This document shows, piece by piece, positions 37,297 through 49,118 of a DNA stretch of 64,000 nucleotides (positions are counted from its first letter, which is position 1; every line of letters starts with the position of its first letter). The notes under the pieces are model-generated. The model saw only the letters and a list, made by a program, of their open reading frames with translations, was not told the DNA's origin and ran no database searches. This DNA comes from Tubulanus polymorphus (Eukaryota; Animalia; Nemertea): assembly GCF_964204645.1 (NCBI RefSeq), contig NC_134029.1:1054001-1118000 (forward strand). The letters run 5' to 3'. The translations under genes and the position numbers were made by a program.

Positions 37297-37520
37297 TGTG
37301 ACTCACTTACCGCAGGTGACTCCACCTCGATTACCACAGATCACTCCGACTCGCTTCCCACAGGAAACTCCGTCACCTCGCTTACCACAGTTCACTGCGT
37401 CCCACTTTCCACAGGTGACTCCTCGTTCCCGCGGATTACTCCGATACACTCGCTTACCACAGGTCACTCATTAGGGATAAATTCCCGGAGTTCCCGGAGT
37501 TCTATTAACCCGGAAGTAAT
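37297..37520. promoter_or_regulatory. INTS3 promoter/5' UTR region, head-to-head with ACSBG
   Basis: GC-richer patch upstream of the INTS3 ATG, with ETS-like CCGGAAGT (37510-37517), tandem TTCCCGGAG, and a degenerate ~28-30-bp repeat (CTCGCTTACCACAG). Confidence 0.45.
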
Positions 37521-38786
37521 CGTAACGTGCACGTAATAAAAAAGATAACAAAACGACGTAATATGAATAACACATGTTTATTGTGATTCTTTACTACATC
37601 TAAGATCTATAGGCCTAAAAACTGATTGACTTGAAATAAGGGAAGGATGAAACAGGTCACTGTCAGCTTCCACACCCGATCCTCCCAATCACACGGTCTA
37701 GGCCTACAGCCAAAAACGCGAAAATTCATTCATCTTCTCATGCCCCTGCCGTGGAATTAATCTTAAAAAACGAAAAGCTTGTCCCTATTGTCATGTTGTC
37801 CAGTGGAAATTTAGAATGTTTTTTCTCTTGAGAATTGAGAACATTATTGTGCTAAACCATTATTAGGCCTGTATATTGTTTGGTTTAGTTCTGCTGGTGA
37901 ATTTAATCAATAGCCGATAGGACTTGGTTAGTAGCCGTCAAAGTGTTTTCATAAGGTAGGCAGTTTTAAAGCAAGGTTCAAATGAAACGGACCATGGGAC
38001 ATAACTGTGTTTTCATGAATGAGTGATATTTCAACCAGGACCGAGTTGTTGGAGAGGGGTAGGGCTGACAACACTTACAGCACTACTTATTACAAGTCAA
38101 TGATTTGACATTTTAAGATAAGATCCTTTTGATAACGCTTTCACATAATAAGTCAGGTAAGTGGACAAGAAAAGTGTTGAGGGTAGAGGTTGAGGAGACA
38201 GAGGGGTTGGTGTATGAGAGGTTAGGGTGAGGAGGGGACTAGTGAGGACAGAGTGAGGGTGTAGGCCTAAGGAAATGAGAGATGTGAGGGATGAGGCTAG
38301 AATGAATGAGGGTGTAAGGAAATGAGTGATGGAACTGATTTCTAATTAAATTTGAAAAGTATTTTTGGAAATATTTACTAACATTGGCCAGAAATCTAAA
38401 AGGTATTTTCAAAAAATTTTTTGGGAAGGACCACCAAACACCCCCCTGCGCCATCAAATAAGTTCTGCTTTACCCAGTTTTTCACCTGGCCAAAAGAAAG
38501 GATGCATACGATCCTGCTCGATGATGGACTGAGAGTCTGAGTCAGAGTATAGTCGATACACAGACAAACAGGAAGATTAAGAAGGAAGTTAAATTCGAGT
38601 TTGAAATATTTGATCTGTCTGTGAACTCCACTCAGGTCACGTTTCAGTTCAATGTTTAAAGGTTTAAAATCTAGATAAATTTTAAGGTTAGGACAAGTTC
38701 ATTTTTGTGGGTAGTGAAACATGTTCAATTCTATTTCAGATCCAGTTAATTGAGGAATCGATGATCAGAATCAGAGGTGTTTAATC

Positions 38787-41700
38787 ATGACAGATTCAGT
38801 GATTACTATCAGCGATATCGACGCGAAAACAAACGCAAATTATATACAAAATCACAATGATAAAATGAACGGTAAAAATACAGATCATCAGAAAAATAAC
38901 GGGTGAGTTCACTTTTATAAACAGTTGTAGATGATCTTATCAAAATGATCACTTAAGTCAGAGTTGCCACTTTTAAAAAAACCCAATTACATTTCCGGAT
39001 TTTCGGGAGAAGTCAAATAACCACAAAAGAAAACATCGCGAAAAAAATAAAATCAATTCGGGATTCGACCCTAAACATCAAAACGTGACGGCTCCGTTTC
39101 TTTTTTGGCTCTGGTTTATAAATGAGGTGCCGCAGCCAATCGCTATTTGAAAAAAAAGATCTATTGCGCCAGAACGCATCTCCTGGCGTTCTAATTTCAA
39201 AAATATTTCTGACCAGACCCCCGACTTATTTTCCGGATTTTTAGCTTCACATAAGTGGCAACTCTGTTAAGTGAATCCAAAATGCAATTTGCGTTTGACT
39301 ACGAGAAACTATTTTAAAAGTGATTTGCACACATGACACTGGTGGATCATTTATGCTAAACGTACACTACCTGTGAATGAATGAAATATCACTGTAAACA
39401 TGTTTTAATCGTTCAGGTTTGAATTCACAAAATTCTTTCTATAATATGGTTGGGTGAGGGTGAGGGCAGTTAAAACCAAGGCACACATTGATATGGTGCC
39501 AAAATTAATCTAATGTGTCTTATGAGGTATTTTTTGTTGGGGCATCTCGAGGGTCCGGGTGTCACAGGGCATTAATTAGATCCTAAGTGATAATGATATT
39601 CGTATTTTTACAGATTGAGTTCATTTCGAGGTTTGTAAATAATTCATAAAAACTGTGATTATTAAATTCTCTTGCTTGCGCTCACTGACGGCAATATTCT
39701 CTAAATGTATTCACTTTTTTCATAAGCTTAATAATAAGATTTCTTTGAAAACTATTGAACATAATTTGCATGAATCTTGTGGTATTTTTTTAGTTTGCAT
39801 GTCGTATTTTTGGTAGTGAAATCGAACTGAAATGTTATTTTGGGGGTGAATGGAGATTTGTTCCGCTTGAAATCTTTCCTAGAAATAAGTTGTGCATTTT
39901 ATTGTATTGTAACTAAGTCGTGTAATTATCACTGGCATGACTGAACCAGTTCTTCTAGGAACGTTATTCTCTGTTGTTATAAAGTAGTAGTTATTTAAAA
40001 CTATGGGGCAGTATAATAGGTATAGTGAACGCTCTCTTCTAACAAACTTTATTTATATCGCTCAAAAATGTGCTATTAATGATATATATCATTTAAAAAA
40101 GCTTGCTTCTTAACTGATTTTATTTCCGAAAAAAATTTAGTTAATCGTAACTTAAAATCTCTTGTGATAATCTTTATTCATGTTATATATCACAAACTGG
40201 TATTGTTTTAACGATAAGTATAGAAACAATGTTTAATATGTTGTATTTCTGATGTTTGATTTGAACGTCTGGTTGTGTTAAGCGGCTTGTATTTGAGTTT
40301 CCTCAATTGCGATGATCTCTCGAGAAACCATTTTAAAAACGAACTAGGCGAGAAACTGTGTCGATTGAATCGTAAATTGCCGTTTCATTTACGCGGAATT
40401 CAAGTAAAACTGGTTTTGTAAAGACTCTTTGTTTAGCTAGTTGAAGAATGTGGAACAGTGTGTAGATATTAAGGGTTAGATATAAATCTATAGTTCACTA
40501 TATAGTTGTCTCGGCCGAGAGAAGTATTAAAGATTAGGATTATTCGACTAAAGCAGTGACAGTTTACGATGAATATCAAAAGAAAAGCGTATTCGATGAA
40601 CGATGTTTCTATACGAAAGAACTTTTTCTCTTCCAGCATCAGCGTGTTTGAAAATGGACACGCTCCGCCACAGAAAATGGACAGCCACATGGCTGAAAAA
40701 TATAGCAAATTTCTCCTGATAAGTGCTGGTAAGTGTTCGAATGATATAACTGTTTCTTTGAATGCAAATAAACTCAAGAAAAAACTCAGAATTATGAAGA
40801 AATACTCGCGAATGTTTCAACTCACTTCAGCAAATTTTTAATACAGTTTCGAAAATGGCTCATATACGTGTAAATGGCTCGGAATATTTTTGAACAAGAA
40901 AACTAACCAAGAGGTTAATTGATGCCTTGAAATACAACATGTGCATAGCATATATATGTGTTGCCGAAATCCTTTTTTGTTAAATTCTGGGTGGCCTCTA
41001 ATAAAGAAGATTTCATTTTTTGAAGAAGCTCTTTAAGTTTGTAGTCAATGAAGATGTAGAAGACTGAAGCTAAAACAACAGAGCTATAAAATGATTACTC
41101 TCTTAATATGTATTTGGAGTAGTCAACTACGCAGAATATTGTAGTAACCTATGATTAAACATTGTACGCAAAATAAAACAAGTTTTTAAGAATCACGAGT
41201 TGTCGACTTGGTCTGAAAGTGGGTCATCATGTTGTGTTACTATTTTCAGATACTGTAGCTCCAGCCGATAGAATGAATACTACTAAAGCCGATGAAGCAG
41301 TTCAGTTGAAGATATCAGACTCGGGACCGGCGTCTGTTAAACCTATAACTGTAATGACAATGGTCGCGAATATTGTACAGAAATATCCGCAACGTGTGGC
41401 ATTAGGTACTGACACAGTTATATACCGGTACCATAGAATATAGATATCAATAGATATCAGATAGTATTGTTTACAAAGATAAACCTCTGTGTCTCTTTAA
41501 TCAATGTCAAAATTCATATAAATCTCCGCATTTGTCATTCAACTGTTCCTGATTTTCAGCGCTTTTTTGTTACTATTTGTCCTGAGAAATAATGATTAAA
41601 TTTAATTGACTTGTGCAGAAATGTGAAAGCTTGCCCCCGATGCCTCCCTTGATTTTGAAAGTGTTCTCTCATATCTATCTCAGTGAAATATGTCTGGAAG

Positions 41701-44700
41701 AATTACTACTGCTAGAACTGTTCAGAGATTCAATTTCCAACCACTAGCGAATTCATTTATAAACTGTCAATTATGGCTGTAAACTGAATGAATTATAAAT
41801 GTTTGTTTTTTAGGTGTAAAGAATTCTAAAAGTGACAAAGAGTGGACGACGTATACATTCAGCCAATATTACGAAAATATCATCAAAACTGCGAAAGGAT
41901 TCATTAAGGTAAAAACAAAGAACATCTTCATTAATAAACCTTGCACAAACCTTTATGATTTTACTTGAAAATAATGCGATTGTTGATATTGATAACAGTT
42001 AGGACTGGAGCCATATCACGGAGTAGGAATCATCGGATTTAACTCACCGGAATGGTTCTTCTCTGATCTCGGTGCTATCTTTGCGGGGTAAGAATTCAGA
42101 TCTACCACTCACATCTCCCTCCTCCCACTCTCTGTCTCCCTCTAGCTCCAAATGTAAATGATTTCAGAGTTCATCAATCTAACTCCTGTTACATATGTAT
42201 ATTTACAGAGGTTTAGCTGTTGGTATTTATACGACTAACTCACCTGAAGCGTGTCACTATGTAGCTGATAACTGCGCCGCGAATATCATCGTCGTCGAAA
42301 ACAACGTCCAATTACAGAAAATACTTCAAGTTAAAGATAAATTACCACATTTAAAAGCGATCGTTCAATATAAAGGAGAATTAGAAGAGAAATTACCATT
42401 CGTTTATTCAGTAAGTGATTAAAAACAGTTTCTCTGATTGGTGAAAAAACAGTTTTGTTGAAATCAATCGTACTTCTGCTTCAAAACTGAATTCTATTCA
42501 TGGTGCTGTAGACTTGAGAGTCATATCTGAGTTGAATGGTTTTAACCATTGATAAAACACTCAGATGAAATCCCACAATAACAATGATAAGAGTTTGAAA
42601 GTGTCCTTTTGTTGAGCTAGTATTCATTCAATATTTCAACTATATTCTATAAAGTCATCTTCAGGAATACTGACGTTATAACAAAAAACTGATGAGATAT
42701 GCATAGAATTCAGAAAAAAAGTGACTGATTGAAAAATGAGATGGAATTCAAATGAATGATAATCTCTGAATTGATTAGAGCAGAGCTTACTCTAGTAAAA
42801 CGGCTAGATTCAAGTGAAGGCACTGATGTAATCAGTGTCGATAGTTTCTATGAAACGGCTAGATTCAGGTGAAGGCACTGATGTAATCAGTGTCGATAGT
42901 TTCTATGAAACGGCTAGATTCAAGTGAAGGCACTGATGTAATCAGTGTCGATAGTTTCTATGAAACGGCTAGATTCAAGTGAAGGCACTGATGTAATCAG
43001 TGGCGATAGTTTCTATGAAACGGCTAGATTCAAGTGAAGGCACTGATGTAATCAGTGTCGATAGTTTCTATATAACGGCTAGATTCAGGTGAAGGCACTG
43101 ATGTAATCAGTGGCGATAGTTTCTATGAAACGGCTAGATTCAAGTGAAGGCACTGATGTAATCAGTGGCGATAGTTTCTATGAAACGGCTAGATTCAAGT
43201 GAAGGCACTGATGTAATCAGTGTCGATAGTTTCTATGAAACGGCTAGATTCAAGTGAAGGCACTGATGTAATCAGTGTCGATAGTTTCTATGAAATCATG
43301 ATTTGTATGTGTTTTATATTTCAGTGGTCAGAATTAATGGATCTGAGTGAAACGGTTCCAGATTCCGATCTTGAAGAAAGAATTGTCAATCAGAATACGA
43401 ATAACTGCTGTACATTGATTTATACTGTAAGTATTTATATATCATTCCTGGAATCAGTTTCACTCTAGAGTTTAAACATTGCAAATGAAGAACTGTCCAA
43501 CTGAGTCCTGGATCAAGTTCCACAGTCTAACTAAGAGTTAGCTCTTAGTTGAAACTAGATAATTTTCAATAAGTTAACTCTTGACTTAGAAATTTGCAAC
43601 TGAGTTGAATATTATAGAATTTTCTGAGATTTATTGTAATATTGTTACAGTCTGGTACTACTGGAAATCCTAAAGGAGTGATGTTATCTCATGACAATGT
43701 GAGTATTATCTGTAAATGGATTCAAAATTACAGTTTAACAAATTCAGATTTATATCAATGAATATTTTGCGGTATGTTGTTTCTAGTTAACGTGGACGGC
43801 TGCTGTAACTACCGAAAGAGCTAAATTACGAATGGGTTCAGAGGTTACAGTGAGTTATCTTCCTCTCAGTCATATAGCAGCTCAACAACTAGATATACAC
43901 GGGCCTTTCATCTGTGGAACTACGGTTTACTTCGCTCAGCCAGACGCATTGAAGGTAAGTCATCAATTCATCTTTACTTACTGTTCATAAAATACCAGGG
44001 TTCTTAGAGGTCAGGTGAATTTGAATTTTTGGTGGCTTGTTGTTCCTAGCAGTGGGAAAATCTTGATAAATACAGCCCCAATCGGGGATACCTTATAATT
44101 TAATCATGGAATTTTAGGTGAAGGGTCGAGGGAAAATGAGCGAAATATTGGCCCTGGGGAATTTTTGATTCCCAAATTTTAAGGATTTTGTGTTTGAATG
44201 TTGTTTTTATTTGATTGTGTTTTTGTTCCAGGGAAGTTTAGGTGAAACGTTGAAAGAAGTACGTCCGACCTATTTCTTAGGCGTGCCACGAGTTTGGGAG
44301 AAAATACACGAAAAATTGATGGCAATTTCTAAAAATGTGACGGGAGTTAAACGCAAAATCGGCGCATGGGCGAAAGGCATCGGTCTCCGTGGTAACAAGA
44401 GTGCATTGAGCGGGTAAGACTTAGTCAGAATATCCGGGGCCAGTTGTTCAAAAGTTGGTTAGAATGAATGGTTGACATAAAGGTCATTGTTACTGTCGTA
44501 TTTATCTGCCGCTTATCTTCAACCACTTTTGAGCAACTGACCCTAGTATAATACGAGCAATCAGGGAAAGTTAAACTCTTAAAATTGATTTGATTTCTTC
44601 ATTTATACAGTCAGTTTATCTATGTAAGAACTGAGATAATCCTGTAGCTGATTGTATCATTGATTTACAGTCATCATTGCTCTAAAAATCATCTCAAAAA

Positions 44701-47001
44701 TAACATCATCATTCGTTAAATTCTATTATTACATTTTCCTAGAGGAAAGAGGTATGTTTACCATCTGATTGTAACTGAGTTTCACTAGTGTTTGTTTCTT
44801 TCACAAGGTTCAGGGATCACTTGATTGGATTTAGACTCTGGTGTGAGACAATCCTTCGTTATCAGGGGTTCATACCCAGTTGGTTGTATGAGTATTATAT
44901 CTATTTCAGGGGTTCATACCCGTTTGGTTGTATGAGTATTATATCTATTTCAGGGGTTCATACCCGTTTGGTTGGACGATCGCTAATGCGTTATTATTTA
45001 AGAAAGTTCGTCAAGGTCTCGGGTTCGATCGATGTCATGCGTTTATCTCGGGTGCTGCTCCGATCACGAAGGAAACTCTTGATTATTTCCTCAGCATAAA
45101 TATTCCTATAATGGAGGTTTATGGAATGAGTGAATGTACCGGTAAGGTATTAGCCAACCACGGGCTCAACTCTAGAGAGTATCGTCTCAGAATCTGAGAT
45201 CCTCAATTGTCAGTATCCCGCCACGTCAAAGTTTGGTGGTATCCAAGTTTGCTTTCGACTTAACTTCCTAATCAGGAAAACGCAGCAAGAAATATAATTA
45301 GATATCTTCTAATGGTGAAATCAGAAATTTCTTGTATCCTGTTGGGAGAGTTTCATTTCAATTTTTAGTGCCCCAACGAAAAATCAAGTACCAATACTGC
45401 CAATATCGAGCCTAGTTCACACTGTGTATTTCTGTTCCAGTCTTGTTGTTCTCTGTACTGTAAATCTATGTGTAATATTTGTTTGAATCAGGTCCACATA
45501 CGTTGAATACACCCAATGAATGTTGTGTGGGAAGTTGTGGCCGCGTCATTCCTGGTTTGAAAACAGTTTTAGCTGATCAGGATTCAGAAGGCAATGGAGA
45601 GGTATGATTGGTGAATTAGTTAAATCGGTTAATTTTCATTGAGTTGAATCTCAAGTGAAATCCTAATTGACGGTAACAGGGTGGCGCTTCTGACCTGCAA
45701 AACCTGGAAAACTTATGGAATTTTTAAAATCTAGAAAAAAAATCAGGGAAACCTCAGGGAATTTGACAAATTCTACCAAAAACCAGGAATTCAGGGAATT
45801 TGCATAATACTATTGACGACATATTTCTTGATCAGTAAGTGATTCACTGAAAAATGAATGAAAATGTAAAATTTTCTGGGAATTTGTAAATAGGCGGAAA
45901 GTAGCCAGGCACTCTGTGAATTCTCGCTCTAGGTTATGCTCATAGTATGATGTATATTGTATGTTACAGATTTGTATGGTCGGACGCCATGTTTTTATGG
46001 GCTATTTGAATATGGACGAAAAGACGTCAGAAACTGTTGATAACGAAGGCCAATTACATTCAGGAGACATCGGACGCCTCGATGAACATGGATTCCTTCA
46101 TATTACGGGCAGAATTAAAGGTATTTACATTCAATCGATTGAAGATGAAATGGCACTGAAAGAAGAATCCGACTTGAACCTTCACCACCGGTTGGGAAAG
46201 TAATCGATTTTGAATGTCGGATGTTTATATTTTGTAGAATTAATAATCACAGCGGGTGGTGAGAATATTCCTCCTGTTTTAATAGAAGATGCAGTTAAAG
46301 AGAAGTTGCCTGTGATTAGTAACTGTATGCTTATTGGAGATAAACGCAAATTCCTATCCATTCTTCTAACACTGAAGGTATGTAATGGGCACTATAGAAA
46401 TTAACTATTACTATGTTGTACTTAACCTTGAGAAGGTCGAGGATTTGAGAACGATGACTGAGACTGAGAGGGTGTCAAAGTTTGACAATCATTGTTCGAC
46501 TCAAGAGTTCAAATGTTTTTACGCTCTGATCAAATTTGGACCGTGTCCAGTCTATTAAAATTGTAAATCACATGTTCACTTAAATGTGAATGTTTTTTAG
46601 ACTGAAGTTGATGAAGCTACGGCTTACCCTAAAGATGAACTAACGCGGCCTGCATTGGACTGGTGTAAAGCAATCGGTAGCGATTTAAAAACCGTTGATG
46701 AAGCGAGGAAGAAAGAGGATGAGAAATTTGTGTCGGCGATTCAACAAGGAATTGACCTGGTAAATAAAGCGGCGACATCTCGAGCTCAAACCATTCAGAA
46801 ATGGGTGATTTTACCGAGAGATTTCTCTATACCTGGAGACGAATTAGGTACGAATTCTTATTTCGCTGATTTTCTGCTAATATTCCCTATTTCAACCGCG
46901 TCTAACCCGTTTAATTTGTGCTTTCAGGACCGACGCTGAAATTGAAGAGATCCGTTGTAGCTAAGATATACGCGGAGACTATTGATGCGTTATATACTTA
47001 A
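38787..47001 (+). CDS. ACSBG: Long-chain-fatty-acid--CoA ligase, bubblegum (ACSBG1/2-like) family, multi-exon
   Basis: Exons 38787-38902, 40637-40727, 41250-41405 and onward join in frame. Motifs: [26 protein letters not shown]-binding [98 protein letters not shown]. Stop TAA at 46999-47001. The start codon is less certain than the gene body. Confidence 0.93.
38959..39266. mobile_element. CAG-terminated MITE with 14-bp TIR and 6-bp TSD (TTAAGT) in an ACSBG intron
   Basis: TTAAGT|CAGAGTTGCCACTT ... AAGTGGCAACTCTG|TTAAGT. Confidence 0.85.
42798..43295. repeat. 55-bp minisatellite, 9 near-identical copies, in an ACSBG intron
   Basis: Unit AAACGGCTAGATTCAAGTGAAGGCACTGATGTAATCAGTGTCGATAGTTTCTATG starts at 42798, 42853 ... 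43238. Confidence 0.95.
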
Positions 47002-47010
47002 TCGTTTCTA

Positions 47011-47179
47011 CAGTAGACTGTGTCCAGAACGGTAGCGCTGGGACCGGTAAAATGTTACCAGTGTGGACAAGTAGATATTTTCACATTGACTAACAGCAGG
47101 GACAGAAAATCTTTTTATCCTTCTACCGTTTTGAACTGATTACGAAATAGATCGGCACCATTTTGGGCGGAGTCTACTG
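47011..47179. mobile_element. Possible Tc1/mariner-type MITE immediately after the ACSBG stop codon
   Basis: TA|CAGTAGACTG ... GAGTCTACTG imperfect TIRs; right TSD not perfect. Confidence 0.5.
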
Positions 47180-47334
47180 TTATAAACATTTGTTCATGTG
47201 TGTGTGTCCGTCCAAAATGTGGGGTAGGTTTAGAATCTATCCAGACTTGCTGCTACTACTGCTGCTGCTGAGTTCTAAACTGATGTAAATATCACAGAAA
47301 AAATGATTATTTACAAGTTTATGTGAATAGTAAA

Positions 47335-47542
47335 CAAGGGCGGATTTAGGAGCATAGACAGGTTCGACCTTTCAAATTTCGGATGTTGCCTCCAAAAATT
47401 AAGGAAAAATTTTTCGCAAAACGGACCGACACTTCTCCCATGCTTCAGTCATGTATGTGGCACTGAATCGACCCTTTTCAAATAAATAGCCGGGTAAATA
47501 GCCATTGAAATTTTTAGGTCAATAATCCTACATCCGTCCTTG
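47335..47542. mobile_element. MITE in the ACSBG 3' UTR
   Basis: CAAGGGCGGATTTAGGA ... TCCTACATCCGTCCTTG TIRs; flanks GTAAA / GCAAA (5-bp TSD with one mismatch). Confidence 0.65.
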
Positions 47543-48515
47543 GCAAACAAATGAATTATTACGATGAATTTTTTGTGCTAATTGAAAAGTTGTTTGTATA
47601 AGCTATTTGATTTATGTTAATTTATCCGATATTATTAATATCTAACCAAGAATTATTAAAACTCAGGAATTATATAGCGAGGGGTGGGTGAGATTGAAGG
47701 TTAACTGATGGCAGAGGTCTCCTCTATCAAACTACGGTCTACTAGATCCTTGTGTACATAGTATATTACTACATATATTCATTTCATGCATGAGTGTGTT
47801 TAATGTTTATGGTTTTTGACTTCAATTCATGTTCGTTCTCTTATATTTATTCTTTAATTCCCCATGACTGGTTTATATTATTTAAGGCTGTATTGTATAA
47901 AGTTCAGTTTGTTTCTAAGCTTCCCCATTATTACTCCAGTCACTTCCACGCAATATTTGTCAATACACTCAAACTTGCTTTGCCTAAAGTCATCTCTATC
48001 TTATAGTCGCTATTTTATTTCCAATTCAATTCACTTAGTGTAAGTTGTCATTTGGATAAGTCTTCGCATTACTGAAGTCGGCTCTTATTTTTGAGGCTCA
48101 ATTTGTATAGATTTCCAATTCAATTTACTAAGTGTAAGTCATACAAAGTTGTTAATGAGCTGGTCCCTACTATGACGACTTCAGAAGCAAGTTTCGCTGT
48201 ATCATAAACTGTAATTGATTTACTGTTTACTGACATTGTAATCGTGCCAAAAAACTCAAGATTTTTCATAGATACAATTCAACATTATTTCATTCTCATT
48301 CCTATTACGACATCGTGCTTAGCAAACTTGTTTGTGAGTAAAGAGTTATATTTTTGTAAGATAGTCTATTGACAGTTTTTTTGAAATGAGGTGAATATTT
48401 TTGAAATATATAAGTAAAGAAAAATCAATAAAGAAGTTAACAGAGCAACTGGGTCGTTAATATTGAAATTTGTCATCTTCAATTGGACGACTGGAGACAA
48501 TCATGTGGACCACAT

Positions 48516-48765
48516 CAGGGCTGGATTTAGGCACCTAGACCCCTGCTTTGGAATCAAGGTCGCCCTTTTCATCCGGATAGGAATCGTGAAAACCTATGAT
48601 TTAACACTCATCACCTCATTGAAATTGTATCTTCTCAGGGTTTATTTCTTCGAAGATGTCTAACCCTAGACAGAAGGACCCAGCTCGTGGCCGTGGACTG
48701 GATGCTATACCCAACAAGTGTTTTTCTTGGACCCGTGCCTTCCAACTTTCCTGGACCTGACCCTG
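48516..48765. mobile_element. CAGGG-terminated MITE with 5-bp TSD (CACAT)
   Basis: CACAT|CAGGGCTGGATTTAGG ... CCTGGACCTGACCCTG|CACAT; TIR imperfect. Confidence 0.6.
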
Positions 48766-49034
48766 CACATTCGACTTCTTGGAAGCACCCCTAACTATTC
48801 AATACCAGTTTTCAAAGATTGCCGTCATGTGCTGCCCCTATATATTACATTAGTGGTGAACATGTGAACTAATTCAGCAGAGGACTATTCCTACTGCGGC
48901 ATGCGAGTAATAGGAGTTTATTCACATCCGGCCAATGATAGAAGCTAGACTGGTTACCGGTCTCTACCTGGGACAGGCAACCAGTATATGATAGAAGCTG
49001 CCAGAGTAAAAGCGAGGATTTCTAGGATTGAGTC

Positions 49035-49118
49035 AATAGACTCATTGTTTGTTCCTCTCCACGGAAATCTTTAGTAAAAGGCGAAAGATTTAAGCGCGGT
49101 TGAAGAGAAACCAGAAAA
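49035..49118 (-). ncRNA. RNU5: U5 spliceosomal snRNA, 5' domain only (no Sm site or 3' stem-loop); variant or pseudogene
   Basis: The minus strand reads TCTGGTTTCTCTTCAACCGCGCTTAAATCTTTCGCCTTTTACTAAAGATTTCCGTGGAGAGGAACAAACAATGAGTCT. This is collinear with metazoan U5, including the invariant loop-1 GCCUUUUAC. The expected AAUUUUUG Sm site does not follow. Confidence 0.9.

Noticed and set aside
42798-43295. CRISPR-like array or hammerhead ribozyme repeat (palindromic unit, CTGATG and GAAAC present)
   Set aside because: There are no unique spacers and the context is a eukaryotic intron. The core is CTGATGTA, not CUGANGA, and the three-stem hammerhead geometry is absent.
44611-44623. 13-nt AG|...|GTAAG segment as a second ACSBG microexon
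   Set aside because: Not a multiple of three; it would frameshift the enzyme.
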